Assembly (NCBI GenBank): GCA_900234795.1
Contig: LT962688.1
Location: forward strand, 1,890,001 to 1,922,000
Direction: 5' to 3'
DNA: 32,000 nucleotides
Origin: Methylorubrum extorquens
Lineage (GTDB): Bacteria; Pseudomonadota; Alphaproteobacteria; Rhizobiales; Beijerinckiaceae
Shown here: positions 1 through 7,023 of the stretch, piece after piece
How positions within the stretch are numbered: the first letter of the stretch is position 1
Layout of the letters: every line of letters begins with the position of its first letter
The notes under the pieces: model-generated
The model's input: the letters and a program-made list of their open reading frames with translations, nothing else
The model's database searches: none
Told to the model about the DNA's origin: nothing
Translations under genes and position numbers: made by a program

Positions 1-215
1 GGCGCCTCGTTCTAGCGAACGGGCGGGTGGTGGCAATCCTGGTTCGCCTCGACGCTTCCCGGCATGATGGCATGGAGGGATGGTTTCTGGAGGTCGGGCT
101 CGGTCATCTGCGAGATCTGCGCCCTGCGCCCTTCGACAGCCTAGAAGCCGCAACACGCTGGCTGCGGCAGCACCTGAGAGGCGCAACAGTCTCGACCGAA
201 GGAAAAACCTCATGA
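1..215 (+). CDS. small hypothetical protein, either 5'-partial at the window edge or starting at GTG 27
   Basis: The frame has no stop between the window edge and TGA 213-215, and the first listed start is GTG 27. The translation reads ...LVRLDASRHDGMEGWFLEVGLGHLRDLRPAPFDSLEAATRWLRQHL. No family was recognised with certainty. The gene ends where G+C collapses. Confidence 0.35.
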   Translation, partial: RLVLANGRVVAILVRLDASRHDGMEGWFLEVGLGHLRDLRPAPFDSLEAATRWLRQHLRGATVSTEGKTS

Positions 216-410
216 TCAGCTTCCTGGTTATTTACATGGATGCTTTAGGTCCGAAGCAGCCGTCGAGGTTTTGGGTGTCTAGTTTCAGGAGAGACTACGG
301 TTCAAATTATACGGTATAATATATCAATGTTACAATTTTATTGCAGGTATGAGGAAAACCTAATCCTGTAATATTTGAATAAAAATAGTGACAGCGAAAA
401 AGGCCAGGTC

Positions 411-617
411 ATGACCCTGCTTTCAGCCCTTTATGAAGATATGTTGCAGAACCCGTGTCCCTCTTGTAAGACTGTGCATATGCAGAAAGGCAGATGGTTC
501 GCGACAGTTACAAAGTACCAATGTCTACATTGCGACCTGACGGTGCTTCTGACCTATCAGCGAAAAGTCGAAATTTTTACCCTACACCAAGCTCGCAAAG
601 ACAAAATTGGAACATAG
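411..617 (+). CDS. small 4-Cys zinc-ribbon protein (CPSC-X18-CLHC) in an AT-rich islet
   Basis: ATG 411 follows AAAGG with about 7 nt spacing, and the track ORF can also start at TTG 375. The translation is MTLLSALYEDMLQNPCPSCKTVHMQKGRWFATVTKYQCLHCDLTVLLTYQRKVEIF... Codon usage is AT-rich, unlike the rest of the window. Confidence 0.5.
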   Translation: MTLLSALYEDMLQNPCPSCKTVHMQKGRWFATVTKYQCLHCDLTVLLTYQRKVEIFTLHQARKDKIGT

Positions 618-790
618 ATTTATGCTAAAAACGGTCATACTAATTGCAGATTGAGTTTATAATTTATATATATACAATTTGAAGCGATTGATAGCTAGTA
701 AAACGCACTCGAAAGTCCATCATCTTGCAGAACTAGACTCGCGGCCGCTCTTTCTACAAGCATGGGCCCGGCGATCGAGCGCACGCGACC

Positions 791-1243
791 CTACATCGGG
801 GACTGGTCGCGGACGGGGGCGCTTCCGTTCGGCGGGCCAGCGCAGAGCTGACCGGGACTATCCGTCCCCCCTCGGCCTTCTACCTCATGCCCCGTCCCCC
901 GAGTGGGCGTTTCCATCTCGATATTTACTTCTCCCCGCCCGGTCCGCAGCGCGGGGATTTTCGTGCCCCGTATAGGCTTCAGGCCGCCAGCCTGTGACAC
1001 TTGGGCTACGATTTTAGACGCACGGTTGATCAAATGACGGCACAACTCCGCGCCGATGTCGTCACTGTCTAGGTCTGCTATCCCGACACGTGAGCGGCGG
1101 ACTTTATGAGCCTGGATCAAAGAAATCGAGGGCGGGTGCTGCGACGCCGTCACGAAGCCTGGATTGATAGGCGATCGTTGCGCACAGCCAAGGCGATCCG
1201 GCGATCGAAACGCGTGGAATGTCGAGCGCAGATTGACATCCAA
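791..1243 (-). CDS. hypothetical ORF with weak support
   Basis: This is a 150-aa ORF with no recognisable domain and only moderate third-position G+C. The main support is a roughly 31 nt element upstream of it (1312-1343) that recurs upstream of the receiver gene. Confidence 0.2.
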   Translation of the reverse strand: MDVNLRSTFHAFRSPDRLGCAQRSPINPGFVTASQHPPSISLIQAHKVRRSRVGIADLDSDDIGAELCRHLINRASKIVAQVSQAGGLKPIRGTKIPALRTGRGEVNIEMETPTRGTGHEVEGRGGTDSPGQLCAGPPNGSAPVRDQSPM

Positions 1244-1553
1244 GACCTAGCCTTAAACGACAACGTGGTTCGGCCCTGAGTCTGCAACCGGATGGAATGA
1301 GCAGACTACCCCGCCCAACTCAACCGCGGCAGGTTTTTCGTTTGGCGGTTATATCGTTCGCGCATACGGAGCGTTCAGCTTTCGAAAGCAACAAACGCCC
1401 GACGATTTTTCGTCAACGCTGACAGCCAAATCTCATCATACGATAGAATGCGCATCTCCGATGCATGGCATCATAAGCGCACCCACGCCTTCAAATTTCG
1501 GCTTAGCGTGGATGAGGGCGTCGCGCCCCCGCCGTTGCCGGCGGGGGGGCTAC

Positions 1554-1814
1554 ATGCCGCGCTACCACTTCAATGTCTATGATGGCGTCAACTTCCTCGA
1601 TAAAAAGGGTGTCGAGTTACCAGACTTTATGTTCGCGCGCCGAGAAGCTATTCGGTATGCCGGCGTGCTTCTTGAGGAAGGCGCACGACTAGAAAGCCTC
1701 GGCTCCGAATGGCGGATGGAAGTTACGGACGGCGCAGAACTGATACTTTTCAGGCTCGACTTCTTTGTGACACCATCTTCGGCAATTGGTTCGCTAAAAA
1801 GTCGGAGTAAGTAA
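1554..1814 (+). CDS. DUF6894-like small protein
   Basis: ATG 1554 follows a G-run that could act as a Shine-Dalgarno. The N-terminus MPRYHFNVYDGVNFLDKKGVELPDFMFARREAIRYAG fits the MPRY-F-x-D-G...G-x-ELPD...A pattern I associate with DUF6894. The track ORF starts earlier, at 1461, with an R-rich leader that looks non-coding. Confidence 0.65.
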   Translation: MPRYHFNVYDGVNFLDKKGVELPDFMFARREAIRYAGVLLEEGARLESLGSEWRMEVTDGAELILFRLDFFVTPSSAIGSLKSRSK

Positions 1815-1978
1815 GTAAATTACTTCCACGCTTTTGGCTTTGCAGTCCGTTTAATTGCTTCGCCGAAGTCGTCATCGTCCCCGCTCACCTCGGCTCCGCG
1901 GCAAGCCTTAAGAACCGGCGCTTCCGCTCCTCGGGAGGCAGCTTCTCGGTGCCGACCTTAGCTGGCATCTCGCCGGCA

Positions 1979-2275
1979 TCAGGACGGCCTTCTAATCGTT
2001 CTTGATCTAAGTGTCTCACGGAGAGCATAGCAAAATTGCTGCTGGACATTTCCTCCGCAACCGAAGCTACCCCGCCGCGAGCGTCTGCTTCCGCACCTGG
2101 ACCATGCGGTCGTCATCACCGAAGCCGGCCGCCGCAGCCTCCCGCCCGACGGCCTCGGCTCGACGGCCTGCGACGGCTCTCCTTCCCCCGTCGCCACGTT
2201 CACAATGAACTTGGCGAATTGATTGGGATCGCGGGGCGCTCGGGAGTGGTCATCTCCCGGCCTCCCATGAGGCAA
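1979..2275 (-). pseudogene. possibly frameshifted small gene whose 3' part resembles the 3446..3589 and 4170..4421 family in another frame
   Basis: The listed frame begins plausibly (PRDPNQFAKFIVNVATGEGEP) and then becomes R/S/G-rich. A different frame over about 2068-2150 reads AVGREAAAAGFGDDDRMVQVRKQTLAAG*, which parallels GREAMVT..SDD.RMAE.RKRML in the two paralogs. The start overlaps the stop of 2250..2447. Confidence 0.25.
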
Positions 2276-2447
2276 TCAGCACATTCAGCGCCGCCTTCAT
2301 ATCAAGGCGTGCCGCTTCGAAGCTGCTGTAAGGCGCGCTTGAATGGTCCATCACGGCGCCACGCCGCTTTATGGACCAGGTAAATGCATGGCCTCCGAGG
2401 TGAAGCCGTCTCACGTCAACGACGAACGGGTGTGTGGGTGCAGACAT
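2250..2447 (-). CDS. small hypothetical protein
   Basis: Starts at ATG 2445-2447. The translation is MSAPTHPFVVDVRRLHLGGHAFTWSIKRRGAVMDHSSAPYSSFEAARLDMKAALNVLIASWEAGR. No family was recognised. Confidence 0.4.
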   Translation of the reverse strand: MSAPTHPFVVDVRRLHLGGHAFTWSIKRRGAVMDHSSAPYSSFEAARLDMKAALNVLIASWEAGR

Positions 2448-2668
2448 TCTCAACCATGCCATACCGGATCGCACGCTCAAAGGCCGGTTTAGCCTCCATA
2501 AATTTCAAACTGACCCACTGCCGGCCGTATCTCGGGGATTGGTGACGGGCGTAGCGGCGATCATGAAGGAGGGATCGGTCTGGGCCTGCCGAGCCGGACT
2601 ATCCGCCGGACGCGGCCCGTCCGCTTCATGCGCGCCCTCCAGCGAAATCTTCCACCTCGATACCCACT

Positions 2669-2974
2669 TTGCCCCGCTCGGCTCAGCCGTGGCGGAGCTT
2701 CTTCTTGCTGCCTCACGTCACAAATCAGACCCCGAACACCGCTACCGTCCGATTTCGGACTGAGCTGTCGGCCAACGAGGCTCCTCCGCCGCACGAACTG
2801 GAGCACTCCCGCTCCTTAGTCGCTATGGCCGCAGAGGAGGCGACGACTCGATCGTTCTCCCATCTCCGAGCAGAGGTGCGCGACGAAGCCGGAAAGCGGA
2901 TCATGACGGCTCAGGTCTCCGTCTCCGTTAGGTGGACCGCTGAGGCGAATGCCGCCGAAGAGGCTATGGTGTAG
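2669..2974 (+). CDS. possible third DUF6894-like paralog (start uncertain)
   Basis: The segment TVRFRTELSANEAPPPHELEHSRSLVAMAAEEA...LRAEVRDEAGKRIMTAQVSVSV has the R-F-x...E-L-E...A..EA...V-x-V-R-D-E-x-G layout of the other two paralogs. The only in-frame start upstream is TTG 2669. ATG 2825 would give a 49-aa product. Confidence 0.3.
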   Translation: MPRSAQPWRSFFLLPHVTNQTPNTATVRFRTELSANEAPPPHELEHSRSLVAMAAEEATTRSFSHLRAEVRDEAGKRIMTAQVSVSVRWTAEANAAEEAMV

Positions 2975-2989
2975 CTCCCGGCGTTTTGC

Positions 2990-3364
2990 TCAGGCCGCGA
3001 GAGCTATCGCATCCACTAGCTGGCACTGTCGGTAGGGCTTCTCTACGAACTGCCCGTCATCGGGGAGTTCTTCGTTGGTAAGTCCTTGTCGACCCGAGGT
3101 GACCACGAGGCGGATGTGTGGCCAGTGCTCCGCAACGTGAGCGGCCAAGGTCAAGCCGTCCATCTTTCCCGGCATATTCACGTCTGTGAACAGCACGCCG
3201 ATGTCGCTGCGGCTCTCCAAGATCGGCAGGGCCTCCTCTGCCGTGGCGGCCTCCAGCACGGTGAAGCCCTCATCCTGTAGGAAGTCTGCGGCGAGCATGC
3301 GTAGGAGAGCTTCATCCTCGACGATGAGTACGACGGGTGAAGGCGGAGATGGATGTCGGCTCAT
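2990..3364 (-). CDS. single-domain response regulator (receiver only)
   Basis: VVLIVEDEALLRMLAADFLQDEGFTVLEA...VLFTDVNMPGKMDGLTLAAHV...RLVVTSG...FVEKPY carries the acidic pocket, the phospho-acceptor Asp and the KP motif. No output domain is present. ATG 3362-3364 is preferred over the longer ORF start at 3406. Confidence 0.85.
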   Translation of the reverse strand: MSRHPSPPSPVVLIVEDEALLRMLAADFLQDEGFTVLEAATAEEALPILESRSDIGVLFTDVNMPGKMDGLTLAAHVAEHWPHIRLVVTSGRQGLTNEELPDDGQFVEKPYRQCQLVDAIALAA

Positions 3365-3445
3365 GCCCAACCAACCCCGCTCACTACGGCGCAGTTTCGG
3401 TCGCAATAGGACCTTCCCGGCTCAGCCGCGGCGGGGTTTTTCGTT

Positions 3446-3589
3446 TCAGCCCCCGCGCGCCGCCGCGAGCATCCGCTTCCGCACCTCGGCCATGCGGTCA
3501 TCATCGCTGGAGCTTGTCACCATGGCCTCACGCCCCCCGGCCTCGTAGATCTCCCGCACGGTCGCCTCGTCCAGGCTGAGCTCTCGCAT
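3446..3589 (-). CDS. 47-aa conserved small protein (paralog of 4170..4421)
   Basis: Below the track's size cutoff, so translated by hand: MRELSLDEATVREIYEAGGREAMVTSSSDDDRMAEVRKRMLAAARGG*. The ATG lies 10 nt after the XRE stop. Of 11 differing codons against the paralog, 5 are synonymous, which argues that it is coding. Confidence 0.55.
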   Translation of the reverse strand: MRELSLDEATVREIYEAGGREAMVTSSSDDDRMAEVRKRMLAAARGG

Positions 3590-3598
3590 GGCACTCAA

Positions 3599-4003
3599 TC
3601 AGGCGTCCTGCGCCTGCTTGAGGCGAGCCACCCCACGTACAATCGCAAGAACCTCGCGGCGCAGTTGATCATCCTCGATCTCGCTGAAGGCGCGCAGGAG
3701 ATCGATGGCACCATGAGTGCGTAGAAAACCAAACACCTCGGCTCGGTCCTCACCCTCGCCCTCGTCTCCATCGTAGAAGGACGAGACTCGCACTTCGAGC
3801 ACGCGAGCGATGTCACTCAGACGGCTAGCGCCGACGCGGTTCATGCCGTTCTCGTACTTCTGGACCTGCTGGAACGTCACGCCGATGGCCTGACCGAGCG
3901 CGGTCTGCGTAAGACCCTTAGACTTGCGCAGCACCTGGATGCGCTCTCCAACAAGACGGTCCAAATCGGTCGCACGCTTTGGTCGTGCGTTTGGGGTATC
4001 CAT
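3599..4003 (-). CDS. XRE-family HTH transcriptional regulator (PraR/PhrR-like)
   Basis: LVGERIQVLRKSKGLTQTALGQAIGVTFQQVQKYENGMNRVGASRLSDIARVLEVRVSSFY is a classic HTH_3 core. The C-terminal tail (LLRAFSEIEDDQLRREVLAIVRGVA) resembles rhizobial PraR/PhrR-type regulators. Confidence 0.9.
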   Translation of the reverse strand: MDTPNARPKRATDLDRLVGERIQVLRKSKGLTQTALGQAIGVTFQQVQKYENGMNRVGASRLSDIARVLEVRVSSFYDGDEGEGEDRAEVFGFLRTHGAIDLLRAFSEIEDDQLRREVLAIVRGVARLKQAQDA

Positions 4004-4169
4004 GCCTCAGGCCCTGTATCGGAGAGCGGCCGGGCAGGCTTGTGGCCGAGCCAGCCGGGGGCCTTAGCAACTCTCACGTCGGGATTTCCGTTGCGGCAAT
4101 CAGATGCGCGTCAGTACGGGCGCCCGCTTTTGTACGGCTTCCGCCGGTCATGCTCGGCGACGTCTCGTA

Positions 4170-4421
4170 TCAAGCAACCGCCAGGAGCATCCGCTTCCGG
4201 ATTTCAGCCATGCGCTCGTCATCGCTGGCGCCTGTCACCATGGCCTCACGCCCGACAGCCTCGTAGATGTCCCGCACAGTCGCCTCGTCCAGGCCGATAC
4301 CGCGGGCGAAGCCGAGAAGGCCACTTCTACCGGAAGTCCCTAGGGAAGGAGGCTGCAAACCAAGCGACGGCCTGCCAGCAGCCGTAAACCAGCAGGCAAA
4401 GGAGCAAGCCTCCGATTGCAA
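4170..4421 (-). CDS. small conserved protein, paralog of 3446..3589 (start uncertain)
   Basis: The C-terminal 40 aa, GIGLDEATVRDIYEAVGREAMVTGASDDERMAEIRKRMLLAVA*, match the 47-aa paralog, with 25 of 36 aligned codons identical. The ORF's listed start is TTG 4421, and TTG 4358 is an alternative. Confidence 0.5.
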   Translation of the reverse strand: MQSEACSFACWFTAAGRPSLGLQPPSLGTSGRSGLLGFARGIGLDEATVRDIYEAVGREAMVTGASDDERMAEIRKRMLLAVA

Positions 4422-4486
4422 CCCTCACCCCGACGGCGTCGTCTCGCTGCTCGGGCTTCTCCTCCATCGCGTCTTCCCTGAGAGAT

Positions 4487-4726
4487 TTACCTACTTGCAC
4501 GCACGTCCACGAACGCACGCACCAGCACCCGCTGGCCACGGGCATCGTGGACATCGACCAGCCAGTCCGTCCAGTCCGTACCGGGCGCACCATTCATGAG
4601 TGCCTGCGCAACCCGGTCAGCTTGCGGTCCAAGCGCACGCGGTCGCGGCACCCATCGGCCGGTCAGATCGAAGACGGCATCACCGCCCCTGCCAACGCAG
4701 TGGAAGTGGTAACGCTGGACGGTCAC
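4487..4726 (-). CDS. DUF6894-like small protein
   Basis: GTG start. MTVQRYHFHCVGRGGDAVFDLTGRWVPRPRALGPQADRVAQAL...VDVHDARGQRVLVRAFVDV has the same R-Y-x-F-x...D-x-x-G...A...A...V-x-V-x-D-x-x-G layout as 1554..1814. Confidence 0.5.
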   Translation of the reverse strand: MTVQRYHFHCVGRGGDAVFDLTGRWVPRPRALGPQADRVAQALMNGAPGTDWTDWLVDVHDARGQRVLVRAFVDVRASR

Positions 4727-4814
4727 TGCCTTTTTCGCTCCGCGTCCACAGCGCTCCCCATGCCTTTTTGGCGCTCTGCCGATCTGCGTTGAACCCAGCC
4801 TGCCCGTCTGGTTT

Positions 4815-4829
4815 GTTCCTGTTGTGTTC
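4815..4829 (+). promoter_or_regulatory. alphaproteobacterial LexA (SOS) box GTTC-N7-GTTC
   Basis: GTTCctgttgtGTTC is an exact match to the direct-repeat LexA operator described for Rhodobacter, rhizobia and Caulobacter. It lies 20 nt upstream of ATG 4849. Confidence 0.6.
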
Positions 4830-4848
4830 TAGTGGATTTGGAGCTGAG

Positions 4849-5109
4849 ATGCACGCTGTCGTCGGGCGTCGGACGATGTTGCGCGATGATCTGCCGACTG
4901 CGGCAGATGCGCGACGTGCTGAGGCTGAGGAGATCGCGGAGGCTTACAGGAGCGCGCATCGCGGCGATGACCGGGCTGCGCTGGTGACAGCCATCTCCGA
5001 TGCCTTGGCCGATCTCGCAGCCGCGGAGGAGAGAACGGAGGCGGTGCGGCGTCAGGTTTCCCGTGGCTACGTACGCGCTGGAGCGCCGGCGCCTAGCGAG
5101 CTCGCCTGA
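4849..5109 (+). CDS. 86-aa hypothetical protein, first gene of the SRAP operon
   Basis: ATG 4849 follows GGAG with 6 nt spacing. The product is predicted to be helical and charged (RRAEAEEIAEAYRSAHRGDDRAALVTAISDALADLAAAEERTEAVRRQVSRGYVR). Its stop overlaps the next start (TGATG). Confidence 0.55.
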   Translation: MHAVVGRRTMLRDDLPTAADARRAEAEEIAEAYRSAHRGDDRAALVTAISDALADLAAAEERTEAVRRQVSRGYVRAGAPAPSELA

Positions 5110-5438
5110 TGGCCAACCCAATTCCGTGCCTCGCGCTCTATCCCTATGTCGTCGTGCGCGTCGAATGCGGCATCTGCCCGGCGCGCCGAGGCGCGTATCG
5201 GCTGGCCCGGCTTGCGGCCAAGTACGGGCCGGAGACGTCGCTTGATGAGGTGCTCGCCCGTATCTCGGCAGATTGCCCTTATCAGCGCGGCCCTGCGCGT
5301 CCTGGCGACAAGGTGCCCGGCCAGTACGTGCCGCGGTGCCATGCCTTCCTGCCGGACATCGCCCGGCCGGTGCCACACCCGCCTGATCTGCCGCCGGCTC
5401 TGATGCGGCCGCGGCTCATCAGCGGCGGCAAGGGCTAA
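5109..5438 (+). CDS. 109-aa Cys-rich hypothetical protein (putative zinc-binding)
   Basis: [46 protein letters not shown]...PRCH carries Cys20, Cys23, Cys56 and Cys77. It is translationally coupled to the upstream gene and ends 22 nt before the SRAP gene. Confidence 0.6.
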   Translation: MANPIPCLALYPYVVVRVECGICPARRGAYRLARLAAKYGPETSLDEVLARISADCPYQRGPARPGDKVPGQYVPRCHAFLPDIARPVPHPPDLPPALMRPRLISGGKG

Positions 5439-5460
5439 GCGCATCTGCTACGGTCGCACC

Positions 5461-6108
5461 ATGTGCAATCTCTACGCCCTCACCAAGAGCCAAGACGAGA
5501 TTCGGCGCCTGTTCGAGGTGGCGGTCGATCACACCGGCAACCTACCGTCGTTGCCCGGCATCTTCCCGAACACGGCAGCGCCGGTCGTCCATGTCGTGGA
5601 GGGGCGGCGCACTCTCTCGATGTACCGTTGGGGCATGCCTTCGCCGGCCTTCGCTCTGAAGGGCAAAAAGACCGATCTGGGTGTCACCAACGTGCGCAAC
5701 ACGGGCTCACCGCACTGGCGGCGCTGGCTTGGGCCAGAGCAGCGCTGCCTGGTTCCGCTCTCGTCCTTCAGCGAGTTCAACAAGGCTGCTGGCGGCGACA
5801 TCTGGTTCGCGCTTGCCGAGGATCGTCCGCTCGCCTGCTTCGCAGGCATCAAGGCCGAGGGCTGGAGCTCGGTGCGCAAGGTGAAGGACGGCGAGACGTC
5901 CGACGACCTCTACGCCTTCCTGACCACCGAACCGAACGCCGAAGTGGGAGCGGTGCATCCGAAGGCTATGCCGGTGATCCTGACGACGGACGAGGAGCGG
6001 GACACGTGGCTACGGGCACTGTGGTCCGAAGCATCGGCCTTGCAACGGCCTTTGCCGGATCAGGGGCTGATGGTCCTGGCACGCGGTGAGCGGCATGACA
6101 GAAGCTGA
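5461..6108 (+). CDS. SOS response-associated peptidase (SRAP/YedK family)
   Basis: The N-terminus MCNLYAL carries the catalytic Cys2. Other family hallmarks are present: [34 protein letters not shown] and HPKAMPVIL. Confidence 0.9.
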   Translation: MCNLYALTKSQDEIRRLFEVAVDHTGNLPSLPGIFPNTAAPVVHVVEGRRTLSMYRWGMPSPAFALKGKKTDLGVTNVRNTGSPHWRRWLGPEQRCLVPLSSFSEFNKAAGGDIWFALAEDRPLACFAGIKAEGWSSVRKVKDGETSDDLYAFLTTEPNAEVGAVHPKAMPVILTTDEERDTWLRALWSEASALQRPLPDQGLMVLARGERHDRS

Positions 6109-6265
6109 GGCGCCCTCGTATCAATCCCAGCGACTGTCGACGTTCTGCCTGGCTCAACGGAGGTCGATATGCGGGATATCGGATCGGTCGCAGCTATCGT
6201 GCCGTTGTAGCCGCAGAACAATTTGGATCTTCGTAATCCGCCCAAGAACGGAAGGGCTGATTTTC

Positions 6266-6282
6266 ATTATAACGCTTCTAAA
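6266..6282 (+). promoter_or_regulatory. candidate iron-responsive operator (ICE/Irr-like, overlapping a Fur-box-like stretch)
   Basis: ATTATAAcgcTTCTAAA matches 12 of 14 positions of the TTTAGAA-N3-TTCTAAA iron control element. The overlapping TGATTTTCATTATAAC resembles a Fur box. It lies in an AT-rich spacer about 114 nt upstream of the ECF sigma ATG. Confidence 0.3.
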
Positions 6283-6395
6283 ATGATCATCTTGCTGACG
6301 AGTGTGCTTTCCAAGCCATAGAAAATACATCGGAAGCCGATCATTGGAGGATCTTGCGAGGTCGCCGCAGCGTTGCGGTGCATCGGAACTTCTCA

Positions 6396-6941
6396 ATGGC
6401 CGCGGCTTCCGAACCGCAGGACGAGCCCAATTTCCATCTCGGCCTGCTCTATCGTCTGTACCGGACCGCGTTGCTGCGCTTTCTCACGCGGCGGGTCGGC
6501 CGGGATGATGCGCCGGATCTTCTCCAGGAAGCCTTTATCCGGATGGCCCGAGCCAAGGCCGATCCACCAACGGTCCGCAACGACAAGGCATTCCTGTTCC
6601 AAGTGGCGAGCAACCTCGCGGCCGATCATGGTCGCGAAGCGCGCCGCCGCTCACGCCTTCTAACAGGCGACGAGATCGCCACTATCCTAGTCATCCCCGA
6701 TGACACCGCGCGTCCCGCCGACGCTGCGTTGGCGCGAATCGAAGGCCAGCGCCTCGCTCGCGCCCTGGCTGAGATGCCGCCGCGGCGCGCGGAAGCGTTT
6801 CGGCTCAGTCGTCTGGAAGGCCTGAGCCATGGTGCCATCGCCGTCCGCCTCGGCGTATCGGTGCGCACCGTCGAGGCCGAGATCCGGATGGCGCTGGATC
6901 ACTGTGCCGAGCGGCTCGGCCGAACCCAGCCCGACCGTTGA
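6396..6941 (+). CDS. ECF sigma factor, FecI type
   Basis: A sigma-70 region 2 (DAPDLLQEAFIRMA...AFLFQVASNLAADHGR) and region 4 (EMPPRRAEAFRLSRLEGLSHGAIAVRLGVSVRTVEAEI) are both present. A FecR gene and a TonB-dependent transducer follow. ATG 6396 is preferred over 6354. Confidence 0.9.
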   Translation: MAAASEPQDEPNFHLGLLYRLYRTALLRFLTRRVGRDDAPDLLQEAFIRMARAKADPPTVRNDKAFLFQVASNLAADHGREARRRSRLLTGDEIATILVIPDDTARPADAALARIEGQRLARALAEMPPRRAEAFRLSRLEGLSHGAIAVRLGVSVRTVEAEIRMALDHCAERLGRTQPDR

Positions 6942-7023
6942 TTGCGGAGGCTTGCCCCTTGAGACGTCGAACGATCAGGGCGACGAGCATACGAGGCGGG
7001 CGTAGCAACGCCGCCATTCGCGT

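Noticed and set aside
4600-4848. The long version (169 aa) of the first SOS-operon gene
   Set aside because: The upstream 83 codons are R/S/P-rich, overlap the divergent gene's 5' end and contain the LexA box. ATG 4849 has a proper GGAG.
5463-6089. A 208-aa ORF in an alternative frame of the SRAP gene
   Set aside because: It is an out-of-frame overlap with a gene that has unambiguous SRAP motifs, and it has an R/G-rich composition.
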